Shown here: positions 40,183 through 51,100 of the stretch, piece after piece
Position numbering within the stretch: position 1 is the stretch's first letter
Layout of the letters: each line of letters starts with the position of its first letter
NCBI GenBank assembly: GCA_016931935.1
Contig: JAFGDW010000261.1
Span: 2,966 to 66,965 of the forward strand
Length of the DNA stretch: 64,000 bases
From: Candidatus Zhuqueibacterota bacterium
GTDB lineage: Bacteria > Zhuqueibacterota > Zhuqueibacteria > Thermofontimicrobiales > Thiofontviventaceae
Direction: 5' to 3'
Program-made: the position numbers and the translations under genes
Notes under the pieces: generated by a model
Database searches by the model: none
What the model saw: the letters and a program-made list of their open reading frames with translations, nothing else
Told to the model about the DNA's origin: nothing

Positions 40183-41990
40183 GTCACTAACTCCTGATTA
40201 AGTCCGATTTTCTTCGAAATGCCAATCTTTAAATTCGGGGCGAATGAGTAGCCCTCTTCGTAATATCCGCGGCATTTTTCCGACTTCGGAAGCATGCTGA
40301 CTTTTGTTTGCACATGCGGGATCACAGCTTCGACGCTGGTAATATCATCGGCGGCGAATTCGCGGCAGCGGTAGTCGTAACTCAATTCGTTACGCGCGCC
40401 GTCTTTGCCGGCGACCGAAAGCAAGCAACCGGTCAAATCTTCGGGATACTCGGTCGTTCCCCAACACGATGCCAGAAATTCATCAATTTCAATCATCGCA
40501 TCGGGATCACTCGATTCAATGAATTTGCGACTGATCTCGATTTCTCCGGTATTTTCACTAAATGTGTAGGTAGTGGCAATTTTCACAGTGAGTTTTCTAA
40601 ATTTAACTTCCACCGGCCTGATATTCAAGATACGGGAACCCGGACCTTCGTCATACGTTCCGGTTGTGCGGCAGGCGCTAAGGTCGACTTCTTCGCCTTG
40701 ATAACGCACTTTGCAGCTCTTGATTGCGCCTTCGCCGGCATAATGTGTAAATGCGCCGGCACGGTAGCGGGAATGTACAATGTACGGATACGATGCGTCC
40801 TGATTGGCTTTTGTCCCGGCGCCGCACGGACGCGTGAGTTTGGAGGCATACGGACGCAAATCGGTGATCGCGCCGCCCTGCTTCAAATCGATCTGCACAC
40901 GAAATTTGGAGTCGGCGTACCAGAACGCCTGATTTTTGGTGCCGTAAAGCAAATCTTTCCACAGCCCCACCAGCGGCCCGCTGCGTGGTTGATTTTGACG
41001 GAACCAGTCGGCAAACTCGGTCATGGTCATATCCTCGACTTTTTCGTCATGTTTCAACTGGCCATAGTACGCGAGAAAATCCTCATAACTTTTCTTGAGA
41101 ATTCGATAGTCAGCCTCCCAGCGGCCGCCTTTGCCCATCCAGCCCGGCCCGACGTACACAAGATTGTAGCTGAAGCCTTTGTTGAATTTTTTCATCACTT
41201 GATACTGATCGACGAGATTGTACATGTATGGCAGCCGGTCACCTTCGTATATCAGGCCACGGATGATGTTTTACGGATGCGTGCCGAACATATCGCCGGC
41301 GTTATCCATAATCGCCAGCAAATCACGCGACAGATGCGGCACCGCCACAATGCCGATATCATCGTCTTGATTCTCGGCGATGGCGTGAGTGTTCTGCTTC
41401 GATGGAATCCAGGCTGTCCACGGCGAGCCGTCCATCAGCGTGTACCACGAAGAATTGGTGTGCCGGAAAATTTTCGGTCCCTCTTCAAAACAGGTGGCGA
41501 TGGCAGCTTTAATCATTGGATATTTTTGCTTGATGTAAATAATCAATTCAGCATCCATAAAATACGAGCCGGTGGAGGTCGGATAAAAGCCAAACACGTA
41601 CTTAAAGCGTTCGATTGAATCAACGACTATCTGCTGTTTCAAATCCATCGGGAACAGCCACATTGCCAGTTCTTTGGATTTGTATTTATCGCGGAATTCC
41701 TTGCAGTTCAGGCCGAGAAACGTATGACCGATTTCATCGCCGTATTGAGCGTGATGCTGTTTAGCTAACTCAATGCATTCTTCGTTGTACAGGCTGGAAT
41801 AGGTCATTTGAATCGTGGTGCGCAGATTATTTTGATGGGCGATCTGCTGCTGCAACTTGAAAATATCCAACGATTCGTTTACAACGTCCCGTTTGCTGAC
41901 TTCTTCAGTTTGTCCCTCCTGGGCGCTGGTGTCAATGTACTCCGGCACCAATTCGGGGCGGTGAATGACATTGAGGATGAATTTATCCAT
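40155..41990 (-). pseudogene. unknown ~611-aa protein interrupted by one in-frame TAA (41271-41273); track ORFs 41271..42071 and 40155..41225 are in the same frame
   Basis: Both ORFs are in the same frame (start coordinates 42071 and 41225 both leave remainder 2 on division by 3). The sequence reads ...DMFGTHP-TAA-NIIRGLIYEGDRLPYMYNLVDQ... with no shift. I prefer the start ATG 41990, which has AAAGGAG 7 nt upstream. The internal ATG at 41225 has no good SD. No family recognised. Confidence 0.6.
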
Positions 41991-42083
41991 GAAGAAACTC
42001 CTTTCAATCCCGGTTTTCAACTCCCACTCCGAAGACGGAATTTTGACAAGTCGAAATTTATCCACCTTCAAAGGAGAATTTAT

Positions 42084-44354
42084 TTATTTCAACAAAAGCG
42101 TTTTTCGAATAGCGACTCCCGTATCCGTCTCCAATCGAATTAAATAAATCCCGGTCACTAGTTCCACGGCATCCCAGCCAACAGCATAATCACCGGAACT
42201 TTGCTCATGATCGATCAACGTGGCGACTCTCTGCCCGCGCATATTATAAACCGAAAGTCTCACACGCATCCGGTGATCAATATGATAGCAAATTTTTGTT
42301 TGATGATTAAACGGATTCGGATAGTTCTGCTTCAGGCCAAAGCCTCGCGGCGCATTATTTGTGCGGGACGTAACGTTATTTGTCCCGCCCGTTACATCGA
42401 AGTAATCCCAATGCAGGGTAGTGTCATGTTTACTCTGAACCAACGATGGCGTAATAACAAGCGTTCGATTTGACTGGCGTTTCTCCCAGCCATTAGATTC
42501 GTGATTTTCAATATAAAATAGATATTCCAATAAATCACCAGCCTGCACAGCGCTGCGTGGGATGTAACAGACACCCGACCAGAATGATTCGCCGTTAACG
42601 CTGTATTGCTCTCGCGTCAACGATATTTTTGATGTCGTCCAGCTTAAACTGCTGCCGGAGATGATCGAATCGCCGCGTACCGCAACCGGGCCATGAAGTT
42701 CGGGATTGAAATAGCCGGATTTAAGAGCATTCCCCATATTGACGCGAAAATAAATCGCTATCGAATCGTTGTGAAGCTCGTAAGGCCGCCAATACTGGTC
42801 CCTGACAGTACTATTTGAATTATAGAATTGAAGCTGCATCACTGTGTCACGCTCACCAGCCACCAAAACACGGCGATTTCCCGAAAGGCCATCGACCGGC
42901 GTAATGGCGCTTTCCCAACCGAGCCGCTGGTATGTGCCATGATTGATGTCGTACCCCGTCCAAAATTTGAAGGACAGTTCATCGTCGGGATACATCTGAA
43001 ATGTCGTTTGCCAGTAATCGCCGCCAACATTGTCCAGAATAATATCAGAACTGGCTTCCCAATTAATTTTTTTACCATCGGGCAAAATATCATAGGAAAT
43101 ACCTGATACTTCGCCGCGCAGTTGAACCACGTGCCACGGCTGCAATGTATCGCTCATCGTGGCAGTGTTCAGCCGGACGGTTACATTGATCGGCGTGCCG
43201 GATGGCTCCTGCTCATTAAACACCTGCATCGACGAGAGCGCATATCCGTCAAAATCGAACAGGGTCACATTTTCCCACGGTGAACGCAGCTCGGGCACGG
43301 AAATATATTCCGGCGCCCAGTAAAACAGTCCCTTGCCTTTTCCGTTCCGTGTATTTCGGATAATGCGCATCAGGTCACGCATGAAGTTGGCCTGTCCATC
43401 TATCGAAGCCGGGTAGCCATCGTGTAGTTGACTGGCATTGCTGACAATGTTATTCTGGCTGTCGTACCACTGCAGCGTCCACGGATAGGCGGATTCCACA
43501 ATGACCAGGTCCTGTTCGTAGCGCCCGGCTAAATCGTTTAAATTGGCTTTGACAGCATCAAGCGTGCCGTGCCACCAGGGATAGTACGATAAACCGATCA
43601 CGTCAAACTGAACATCTTCAGCCAGGAGATGGTCAAAAAACCAGCGGGCCCCGGAATTATTGCCGCCGCGATCGATATGAATCATGATGCGTACCGAATC
43701 GCCATCGGCACAGTTTTCGCGCACGCCACGGATTGCAGATTTAATCAGTTCTCCAAGTTGCTGCCATTGTTGGGGCGTGTCGTAGCTGCCACCAACCCGG
43801 CCATCGTTCCAGAGCATACCCGGCGTGATTTCATTGCCGATTTGCACCATGTCAGGCAGAGTTTGCTGCTCGTAAAGCGATCGAATGACATGTTTCGTAT
43901 ACTGATACACGCTGTCGTTAAGCGCTTCGAACGACAAGCCACGCCAGGCCGCCGGTTTGGTTTGCTTTCCTGGATCGGCCCAGGTGTCAGAGTAGTGGAA
44001 ATTCAACAAAAAATCCATGTCCTGCGCTTTGATACGCTGCGCCATATACAATATTTTGTCAAGATTATTGTAATTTTGTGCCGGTGTGTGCCAGAGTTTC
44101 AGGCGGATGTAATTGAATCCCTGATCCTTAAAAATTTGCAACGGGTCAGTAGGAACGCCATTTATGGAGTATACTCCGCCTAAATCTTCAACCTGGGGGA
44201 TGAAGGAGACGTCTGCTCCTTTAATAAAATTGGTTGATTTCGTCTGACTGAATAATCGCGATGCGACGAGCATTAATGCTATTAAAAACATCCATCCATA
44301 ACGAATCCATAACTTTTCGGAGATCAACAAGGGCACCTTCTTTGTGTTTTTCAT
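42084..44354 (-). CDS. surface GH53 endo-beta-1,4-galactanase plus a tandem CBM-like module plus a T9SS CTD
   Basis: GADVSFIPQVEDLGG, NYIRLKLWHTP, NFHYSDTWADPGKQ, QIGNEITPGMLWNDG and GLSYYPWWHG. The C-terminus is LKQNYPNPFNHQTKICY...GIYLIRLETDTGVAIRKTLLLK. Confidence 0.85.
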   Translation of the reverse strand: MKNTKKVPLLISEKLWIRYGWMFLIALMLVASRLFSQTKSTNFIKGADVSFIPQVEDLGGVYSINGVPTDPLQIFKDQGFNYIRLKLWHTPAQNYNNLDKILYMAQRIKAQDMDFLLNFHYSDTWADPGKQTKPAAWRGLSFEALNDSVYQYTKHVIRSLYEQQTLPDMVQIGNEITPGMLWNDGRVGGSYDTPQQWQQLGELIKSAIRGVRENCADGDSVRIMIHIDRGGNNSGARWFFDHLLAEDVQFDVIGLSYYPWWHGTLDAVKANLNDLAGRYEQDLVIVESAYPWTLQWYDSQNNIVSNASQLHDGYPASIDGQANFMRDLMRIIRNTRNGKGKGLFYWAPEYISVPELRSPWENVTLFDFDGYALSSMQVFNEQEPSGTPINVTVRLNTATMSDTLQPWHVVQLRGEVSGISYDILPDGKKINWEASSDIILDNVGGDYWQTTFQMYPDDELSFKFWTGYDINHGTYQRLGWESAITPVDGLSGNRRVLVAGERDTVMQLQFYNSNSTVRDQYWRPYELHNDSIAIYFRVNMGNALKSGYFNPELHGPVAVRGDSIISGSSLSWTTSKISLTREQYSVNGESFWSGVCYIPRSAVQAGDLLEYLFYIENHESNGWEKRQSNRTLVITPSLVQSKHDTTLHWDYFDVTGGTNNVTSRTNNAPRGFGLKQNYPNPFNHQTKICYHIDHRMRVRLSVYNMRGQRVATLIDHEQSSGDYAVGWDAVELVTGIYLIRLETDTGVAIRKTLLLK

Positions 44355-44424
44355 TATTTTCTTCTAATTCTTTTATCACGTTCCGCCCCGATACATCGGT
44401 ATGGAACGATTTATTCCTTTACTC

Positions 44425-44457
44425 ACGTGCTACACACTTCGAAAGTGCGTAGCACGT
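44425..44457. repeat. long hairpin, copy 2 of the 21145 family (15 bp, 1 mismatch)
   Basis: ACGTGCTACACACTT-cga-AAGTGCGTAGCACGT. Relative to copy 1 it has a compensatory pair change (GCC/GGC becomes GCT/AGC). It sits 16 nt after the stop at 44474 on the coding strand. Confidence 0.75.
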
Positions 44458-44473
44458 TAAGGCTGTACAAACT

Positions 44474-46549
44474 TTATCGTAACAACGTCATTTTGTGAAC
44501 CTGTTCAAACGAACCGGCGGTCATGCGGGTAAAATAAATGCCTGATGGCACATTGTTTCCGCGCACATCTTTGCCGTTCCATTGGATGGAGTGGCTTCCC
44601 TGGTCCTGATTTCCATTTACCAGGGTATTAACAAGTTGTCCTACTATGTTGTAAACAGCAATCTTCACATGCGATTTTTCTGCAAGCTGATAGTGAATGG
44701 TGGTCTCCGGATTGAATGGATTGGGGTAATTCTGATCCAAAGCAAATTGTCTCATCGTTGTTGTATTGCCCGCATTAACAGCGGCCGGTGTCCACATATT
44801 GGGGGCGTCTTCGACAGTTAAATCAGTATCCGTCCATTGCAGTAGAGCCAGTGAATACGTTGCCGGCCACGTAATCGCGCCATCAGCCGTAATTTGTGTT
44901 GGATGAACATATTGATAATAACTACGACCTTTGGAATTGCCGCCACCGTTTTGGATAGTGCCAGACTCGGAAGTATAATTAACGCGAAAAGCCACATCAT
45001 ACGGAGCAGGCGGCGTTAGATTCATCGTTCCGGTGTACACCAAATTACCATCCGGATCGTCCAGTATGATCGGTGCGCTGTCGTAAATGCCCTGCCCCTG
45101 GGTCAATGGCAAGAGACAATCCAGCAGTTGGACCGAAACCGTATCGACTCCCGGACGGAATAATGGATTTGATGGATTTGTTTCTTCGGCTGTCGCCGGA
45201 GTCATATCAATATTAAAGGTGACTGCGATCGGAGTTTCAATAACACCTGCTTCCGGAAAACCATTAAAGAATTGATATTCAAAGCCATGATCCCCGGGCA
45301 TCATTTGATCTGTCGCAGTCGTGAAAGAGTAAATTCGATTCCCTGTGCCGAACGTCGCGGGCGCTTCCCAATAATATAATGGGTCCAAATTCAAACCCGG
45401 AATGTAATTCGGACTTAATGAATCCACGCGCGACGCATCCCATGCAATAACAGCCTTGTATTCCATGGTTGCTCCCGGGGCTTTTACGAACGATTCCTGC
45501 CCAACCCACAATCCCAAGAGTGGCTGGTATTCCATTTGAATCCCGCTTTCCGGGCCATCATTATACACTGACCACGCTTTAGCGCCGTCAATTACCAGCT
45601 TGTCGCCCAGGTTGCGATCAAACAGACCCAGTTTTTTAAGACCGTTGGTATTTATTTGCCAGATCAGATTCGCTGTAACAATATTGCCACCGGATGGTTT
45701 TTGATTATTAAAGTATGACCAATGAATAGTAGTATCTTTTGCTGCTAAATATTGGAAATAACGATTGTCTGTTGTTTCCCACACCTCACTTCCGTTTTTC
45801 ATGAACGTAAATTTGAAATTTTGCCAGGCGCCGGGAGTTAAATCTGCATTTGCTATATAGCCAACACCGGAGAAGAACGATCCGTTATCAATGCTACCGG
45901 CTTCCTGCGTGAGAATGACCGGGGTATTCCAGCCGTCATCAGGATCGAGCGGCGCGCCGCCCTGGACTTGCACAGGGCCATCTGCTGTTGCATCGAATTC
46001 GTGTGTTTCCATCTGAGCTGCCATATTAACGCGGAAGTAAACAGCGAATGAATCCGGTTTTTCTTCATACGGCCGCCAATACTGGTCCCGACGAGAGTCA
46101 TTCCCATGGTAAAACTGCAACACAACTGTCGTATCATTATTACCGGCAATGAACCAGCGATTGTCATCGCTACTCACAGGATCAGCCGGATTAATCGGGC
46201 CTTCCCAACCAGTCCAGAACAAAGTGCCGTTAGCAGCATCAAAACCCGTCCAGAATTTATATTTCAGTGTCGAACCGGGTGTCATTTCAAATGTGGCTTG
46301 CCAGTAATCGCCGCCGACATTTACCAAATTGATGCCGGTGCCGTCATCCCATGTTACAGCAGGCGTAATTTCACCGACTGCTTCGCCCCGGACTTGAACG
46401 GTGTGATGCGGCATGAGTGTATCCGGATTGGTCGCCGTGTTCAGTCGCATCGTGACCTGAATAGCATACCCTGTTTCCGGGTAATTGACCACTGCCAATA
46501 GCGCAACGACTATTACAATGATGAAAATGTCTGTGTACCATCGATTCAT
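44474..46549 (-). CDS. non-catalytic CBM-like multi-module protein with a T9SS CTD (candidate surface glycan-binding protein)
   Basis: aa 29-282 are paralogous to aa 388-655 of the adjacent GH53 (RLNTAT..DTL, NVGGDYWQ.TF, FKFWTG, RDQYWRPYE, YFRVNM). The C-terminus is LDQNYPNPFNPETTIHYQL...GIYFTRMTAGSFEQVHKMTLLR. No catalytic motif recognised. Confidence 0.7.
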   Translation of the reverse strand: MNRWYTDIFIIVIVVALLAVVNYPETGYAIQVTMRLNTATNPDTLMPHHTVQVRGEAVGEITPAVTWDDGTGINLVNVGGDYWQATFEMTPGSTLKYKFWTGFDAANGTLFWTGWEGPINPADPVSSDDNRWFIAGNNDTTVVLQFYHGNDSRRDQYWRPYEEKPDSFAVYFRVNMAAQMETHEFDATADGPVQVQGGAPLDPDDGWNTPVILTQEAGSIDNGSFFSGVGYIANADLTPGAWQNFKFTFMKNGSEVWETTDNRYFQYLAAKDTTIHWSYFNNQKPSGGNIVTANLIWQINTNGLKKLGLFDRNLGDKLVIDGAKAWSVYNDGPESGIQMEYQPLLGLWVGQESFVKAPGATMEYKAVIAWDASRVDSLSPNYIPGLNLDPLYYWEAPATFGTGNRIYSFTTATDQMMPGDHGFEYQFFNGFPEAGVIETPIAVTFNIDMTPATAEETNPSNPLFRPGVDTVSVQLLDCLLPLTQGQGIYDSAPIILDDPDGNLVYTGTMNLTPPAPYDVAFRVNYTSESGTIQNGGGNSKGRSYYQYVHPTQITADGAITWPATYSLALLQWTDTDLTVEDAPNMWTPAAVNAGNTTTMRQFALDQNYPNPFNPETTIHYQLAEKSHVKIAVYNIVGQLVNTLVNGNQDQGSHSIQWNGKDVRGNNVPSGIYFTRMTAGSFEQVHKMTLLR

Positions 46550-46785
46550 GGTATGAACCTCCTTGGATTAAGAGTTAAATTTGGTGGTTTGTAATTTTAT
46601 TCTGTCAGTTGATTGTGATTGGTTGAATTGATATTGTACTTATGTCTGTGAATGTCACATCTCCATGATCCTGTTCTGCTGCAAGCGAGCAGGACGGAAT
46701 CGTACCCCTTCATCAAAGAGGAAAGCTCGTTTCCACAATGAAACAGGAACAGGGTAATGTTCCCCGTGATCAACTCCCATCGCCA

Positions 46786-47832
46786 TCAAAACGCCAACTG
46801 TACCGAAAAATGATTAACGCTTCCCAAATAGCGGAATTCCTGAAATGCATACCCAACGTTCAGACTCACGCCGCTAACGGATGGCAGCCGAATTGCACCG
46901 CCAAGTGTCATGCCTTTTTCCCGTTCTTCCAGTAACAATTCATTAAATCCGCCTTGCAGAACGACAGCCTCATGGAAACTGGCCCATTCAATGCCGAGAT
47001 TAATATACTGGGCATTATCGTTGGGATTGACACCATCACAAGCAAACGTGACACGCGATGCATCCGACAGCCACCAATCCCAGGAGACCCCCATCCGCAT
47101 CATGATCGGTGGATCGAACGAATCGGTATCCATTTTGGCAACGATGTTGGGATTATTGCCTTCATGCGTAGGGGCCACATCAACATACGAATTCAGATCA
47201 TCACCATCCATTGCCATACGCGTTCCAATATTGGATATCGCCACGCCAAACCGCACATTTTTAAACGGCGTCACGAACATTGTGCCCACATCAAACGCGA
47301 ATCCCTGGGCAATAGAGTGATAAATCCGTTCCTGAATAAATTTGAAATTGGCGCCAATCGAAAACCGATCAGTCAAGCTGCTGGCAAACGCCAGGCCGGC
47401 AGCATAACTGGCAGCATTAAAGGTTTCACCGGTTCCCATCGGCGCATCCGGGGTGGTTACATCCATATCTTCAGATGTCAACGATACGACATTCACCCCC
47501 ACCACGCCAATACGTTGCACTGGTAACAAAACGCCGATGTACTGAAAATCCAGGCCTGGCAGCCACGGCGAGTGATGGATGAACAATGTTCGTTCGGTTT
47601 GCGGCGCAATGTTGCCGGGATTCCAGAACATTGCCGAGCCATCGTCGGCAATTGCCGTGAATGCACTGCCCATAGCGATTGCCTTGGTGCCGACTGGAAT
47701 CCGCAGAAACGCTGCCGCCGATGTGCCGACTTTTTTGACTTCCTGCCCAAAGCTTACAGCGTGGAGGCTGATGGTATACAGAGCACAGCCGATGAAAATT
47801 GTATGAAGGTTAAAAATTCGTCTGTTCTTCAT
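46786..47832 (-). CDS. PorV/PorQ-like outer-membrane beta-barrel (T9SS-associated family)
   Basis: Signal peptide, then VGTSAAAFLRIPVGTKAIAMGSAFTAIADDGSAMFWNPGNIA, which matches my memory of the PorV/PorQ N-terminal signature. Alternating beta-strand pattern, ending in F. Confidence 0.6.
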   Translation of the reverse strand: MKNRRIFNLHTIFIGCALYTISLHAVSFGQEVKKVGTSAAAFLRIPVGTKAIAMGSAFTAIADDGSAMFWNPGNIAPQTERTLFIHHSPWLPGLDFQYIGVLLPVQRIGVVGVNVVSLTSEDMDVTTPDAPMGTGETFNAASYAAGLAFASSLTDRFSIGANFKFIQERIYHSIAQGFAFDVGTMFVTPFKNVRFGVAISNIGTRMAMDGDDLNSYVDVAPTHEGNNPNIVAKMDTDSFDPPIMMRMGVSWDWWLSDASRVTFACDGVNPNDNAQYINLGIEWASFHEAVVLQGGFNELLLEEREKGMTLGGAIRLPSVSGVSLNVGYAFQEFRYLGSVNHFSVQLAF

Positions 47833-47911
47833 GGTTTTTACCTTTTCTTCTCGTTCCGTCAGTCGCTGCCGGAATGTCGTTGTGGGGCTGTATAAAAAGT
47901 CTTGTCAAGCT

Positions 47912-47937
47912 TCATCCTGAGCGTAGTCGAAGGATGA
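47912..47937. repeat. conserved-loop hairpin repeat, copy 2 (inverted orientation): CATCCT-gagcgtagtcga-AGGATG
   Basis: The loop is the reverse complement of the family loop, with one difference. Confidence 0.75.
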
Positions 47938-47955
47938 TAACTTACGATAAAATAA

Positions 47956-47979
47956 CATGCTTCGACTTCGCTCAGCATG
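47956..47979. repeat. conserved-loop hairpin repeat, copy 3: CATGCT-tcgacttcgctc-AGCATG
   Basis: The loop is identical to copy 1 and the stem is completely different but still complementary. Confidence 0.75.
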
Positions 47980-48144
47980 AAGAAATTATACGAATTTTGA
48001 CTTTTGATACTGCCTCCTTCTTCATTTTGTCTATTCGTTTCATTCTGATTATTTTTAAATTTTAGTAAATTTTAAATACTGAGCGGAGACCGTCCAGACT
48101 GTGTTCCGCCACAGAGCGACGGAACAATTTAAACGATTGTTTCA

Positions 48145-51100
48145 TCACTTTATCACCGCAAATGTACCCGTTTTCTGCCCGATACCCGGCGCGTCAATAT
48201 GGTACAGGTACACACCATAGGAAATATCCAGTCCTTCGCGGCTAAGAACATCCCAGACTTCGGCGCCGTTTTCGATTGTGGTTTCATGATCCAGCTTGTC
48301 CACGAGTGTGCCGTTCACATCGTAAATGCGAATAGTACAAATATTTGGTAAATTGATAAAATGGATTTCCCGCGGGCCGCGGCCACTTCGATAAGTATTC
48401 TTCGGTTCCCATGATACAGTGGCAATATACGGATTGGGCACAACACGAATATCATCCAATTCCCGCTTTGCAAGCGATTTCGAGGTCATAGCACCTTTCA
48501 TGGTGAAACGATAACTATCCTGAGTTAAGAATGGTTTTTTCAAATAAATATTCAACGTGTCACCCGGTGCAGGATTTTCACCGTTGGGTTTCAGGTTCAG
48601 ATAAATCTGCCATGTATATACAAGTTTGCCTGTTTGATTCGGTTCCAGTAACATGATAATGTCGGTATTGTCTGCGTCACGGGGATCGACGCTTAACCGC
48701 CCATCACTGCCATCCAATTCGGCAAAAGCAAATTCAACCGGATTGCCCGAAATTATATTGAATACCTGGAAATTCACCTGTTTGGATGGTAGCTTAAAGA
48801 ACCCGATTGAGGTATCCTTCGATGCGCTCACGCCTACATCGCCGATAATTACCCGGTAATCGTTCGGACGTTTTTCGCCCTTCACACCAATAAACGTCAC
48901 CGGTGAAAACACAAACGGATAAATTTCCCCACGATTCCAGCCGGATTTAACGGCATCCAGCGACACATTCTTTTCGTTGATTAACGTGAGCTGTACTCCA
49001 TCGAACACCGGAATTTCATCATCCTCATGAATGAGCGTGCTTTTGTCGATGACGATTGTTTCCGGACCTGTGATATCTGTGACAGTGAAATTTTTGGTGG
49101 TCAATGTGTCGGTGTCTTTGCCCGTTTTTAAAGTGTCTTCGAACGTAATCTTATACGTATGACCATGTTGGATATTTGCAGGATCGATGACCTCAAGCTG
49201 AATTTCACCGGTGGCGCTACCTGTCGCATGAGTAAAACTTTCCACTTCGGCGGGCATGTAACCAGCGGCTTTAGCGGCGGGTACGACAACTTTAACATTC
49301 GTTCCCGTGCGAATATCCCCCTGCAAATTCACATCAATACTAATTGGTGTTTCCGACGGAGCAATATCTGCTGCAGGGAAACCGAAATCATACGCAGTTA
49401 CCGCGTAAAAATAGCGCTGACCATTGACCAGACCTTGATCTTTAAACGAATGAACGAGACCTGTATCATCACCTAGATAGAACTGGATGCCATTGAAACC
49501 GACCGGATCAAATCCTGTAATGCCGTCTTTGCGATCGAATTGGGCGATGGGCTTGTATAAACGCGCCACACCAAATCCATCTGTGATGATTTTCGCATCG
49601 AGAAATGCCGGATCGGTGGCGCGATAGATGCGGTAGCCCTCAAAGTCCTCCGCGATACCGCCAATGTCGGCAATGTAGCGGTCACGCGAATATTCCGCAA
49701 TTTCGTCCCAGTACAGAGTGACCTCTCCATCGCCAGGGACGGCTGTTAATGTCACTTGCGTTGGCGCTTTGGCGAACTGATAATCGGCTTCATACGCTTT
49801 GCGCGATTCACCCAGCTTGCCGATCACACTGTTAATGTCTTCGTCACGCGATTGACCGCCGGCAGAGATAGCTACGGAAATCGCCATGCGTTGCCGTTGG
49901 CCGGGATCGAGCGGGAAAAATCCGGATGAAACAAATGTGTCGTATTCACCTGTCGGACGCGGCAGGTCAAAACTGCCAGGGGTCATAAAATAGTCAAAGA
50001 GATAACGATCCGGCGTGGAATTGTAGGAAATATCGCCAACGGGAATTTGCACCGCTGCGGTCAGGCCGATCAAATCAGTTTCAGATACGTCGGTTTTATC
50101 AATATTGGCTTCCCCTTGAAATTCCGTGCCTGCACCTGATGTGGGAACGCCATCGTTCTCACCGGGATCGCCAGTAGCCTTTTTACCGTCCAGTCCCAGA
50201 TCGTCATTCAAACTGTTCCAGTCGCCATCATTATCAAAGCCGTCATCGCGGGATTCATCCACCATGGGCGCGATTGTCGTATAACTCATCGCAGTATTTT
50301 TCCCCGGCACGATGAAGCCACGTTTAATAGTGTCACCCACAGCGAATGCCAGATAATTTATATAACGCACCGGTCCTTCTTCCTGGGTAATTTCATCGAA
50401 ACGCCAGCGATGCAACGTGTACGATTCGTCAATTAAGCCATCCAAATCTTCATCCAACAAATTGGCGGTGGTGTCTTCTTCGAGCGTAATTCCATCAGCC
50501 GGAAGTTCAATTTCCTGTCCCATACTGACGACGGTCCCACCGTTGGCAGGATAGGTGGTGATACGACGCTCAAATGTTTTGTTATCAATCAACACTATTT
50601 TATCGCCGGGAAAAAGCTGCCGCGGTGAGAAATCGTTATCGACAAAATGCGGAAGTAGTGTTTCAGTATCGCCCTCCATCATTGCGAGAATCTGCGGATT
50701 GGTATCTGCGTCGCCATCGTTATCAATGCCATCGACTTGATTACCGGGCGTTTCCAGGTATTTAATCGCAGCCACACCAACCGGAGTGCCGGCGAACGCA
50801 TCAGTGCCGGTACGATCACTATCGGTCAGGAAGGCAATGTCGGACTGGAGATCGATAAACGGCTGGTCATCAAGACCGTCGCCGCCAACATAATCAGCAA
50901 GAAAAATCAGGAACGATGTTTTGGGAATCCGTTTGGTCCCATCGTTTTTAATGTCATGAATAAAAAAGATTTCATCGTTAATCAACACCTGCGACCAGGC
51001 GAATGTCCGCACATCCATTAGCAGTCCGAGGCCATGGCGCGACAGATCCGTTGTATCGGGATAATAATTGAAGCGGTCGTACAGATCATCGGAGCAGCGG

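Noticed and set aside
40308-41618. 436-aa plus-strand ORF spanning the in-frame-stop junction
   Set aside because: It is antisense to the two same-frame minus ORFs and has a low-complexity R/H/A/F-rich translation. The minus-strand products have normal protein composition and an SD at 41990.
7688-42071. Longer N-terminal extensions given by the ORF track (starts at 7789, 9452, 27667, 30717, 32385, 39808 and 42071)
   Set aside because: In each case a downstream ATG or GTG has a better SD, removes an overlap with the upstream gene or a repeat element, and begins a recognisable signal peptide or family N-terminus.
47874-48065. 63-aa ORF (…HPERSRRM…FDFAQHEE…) and the 125-aa ORF 21148..21525 (MPRTFKVRGTF…)
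   Set aside because: Their starts and conserved-looking peptides are created by translating the hairpin repeats. The remainder overlaps real genes or is AT-rich spacer.
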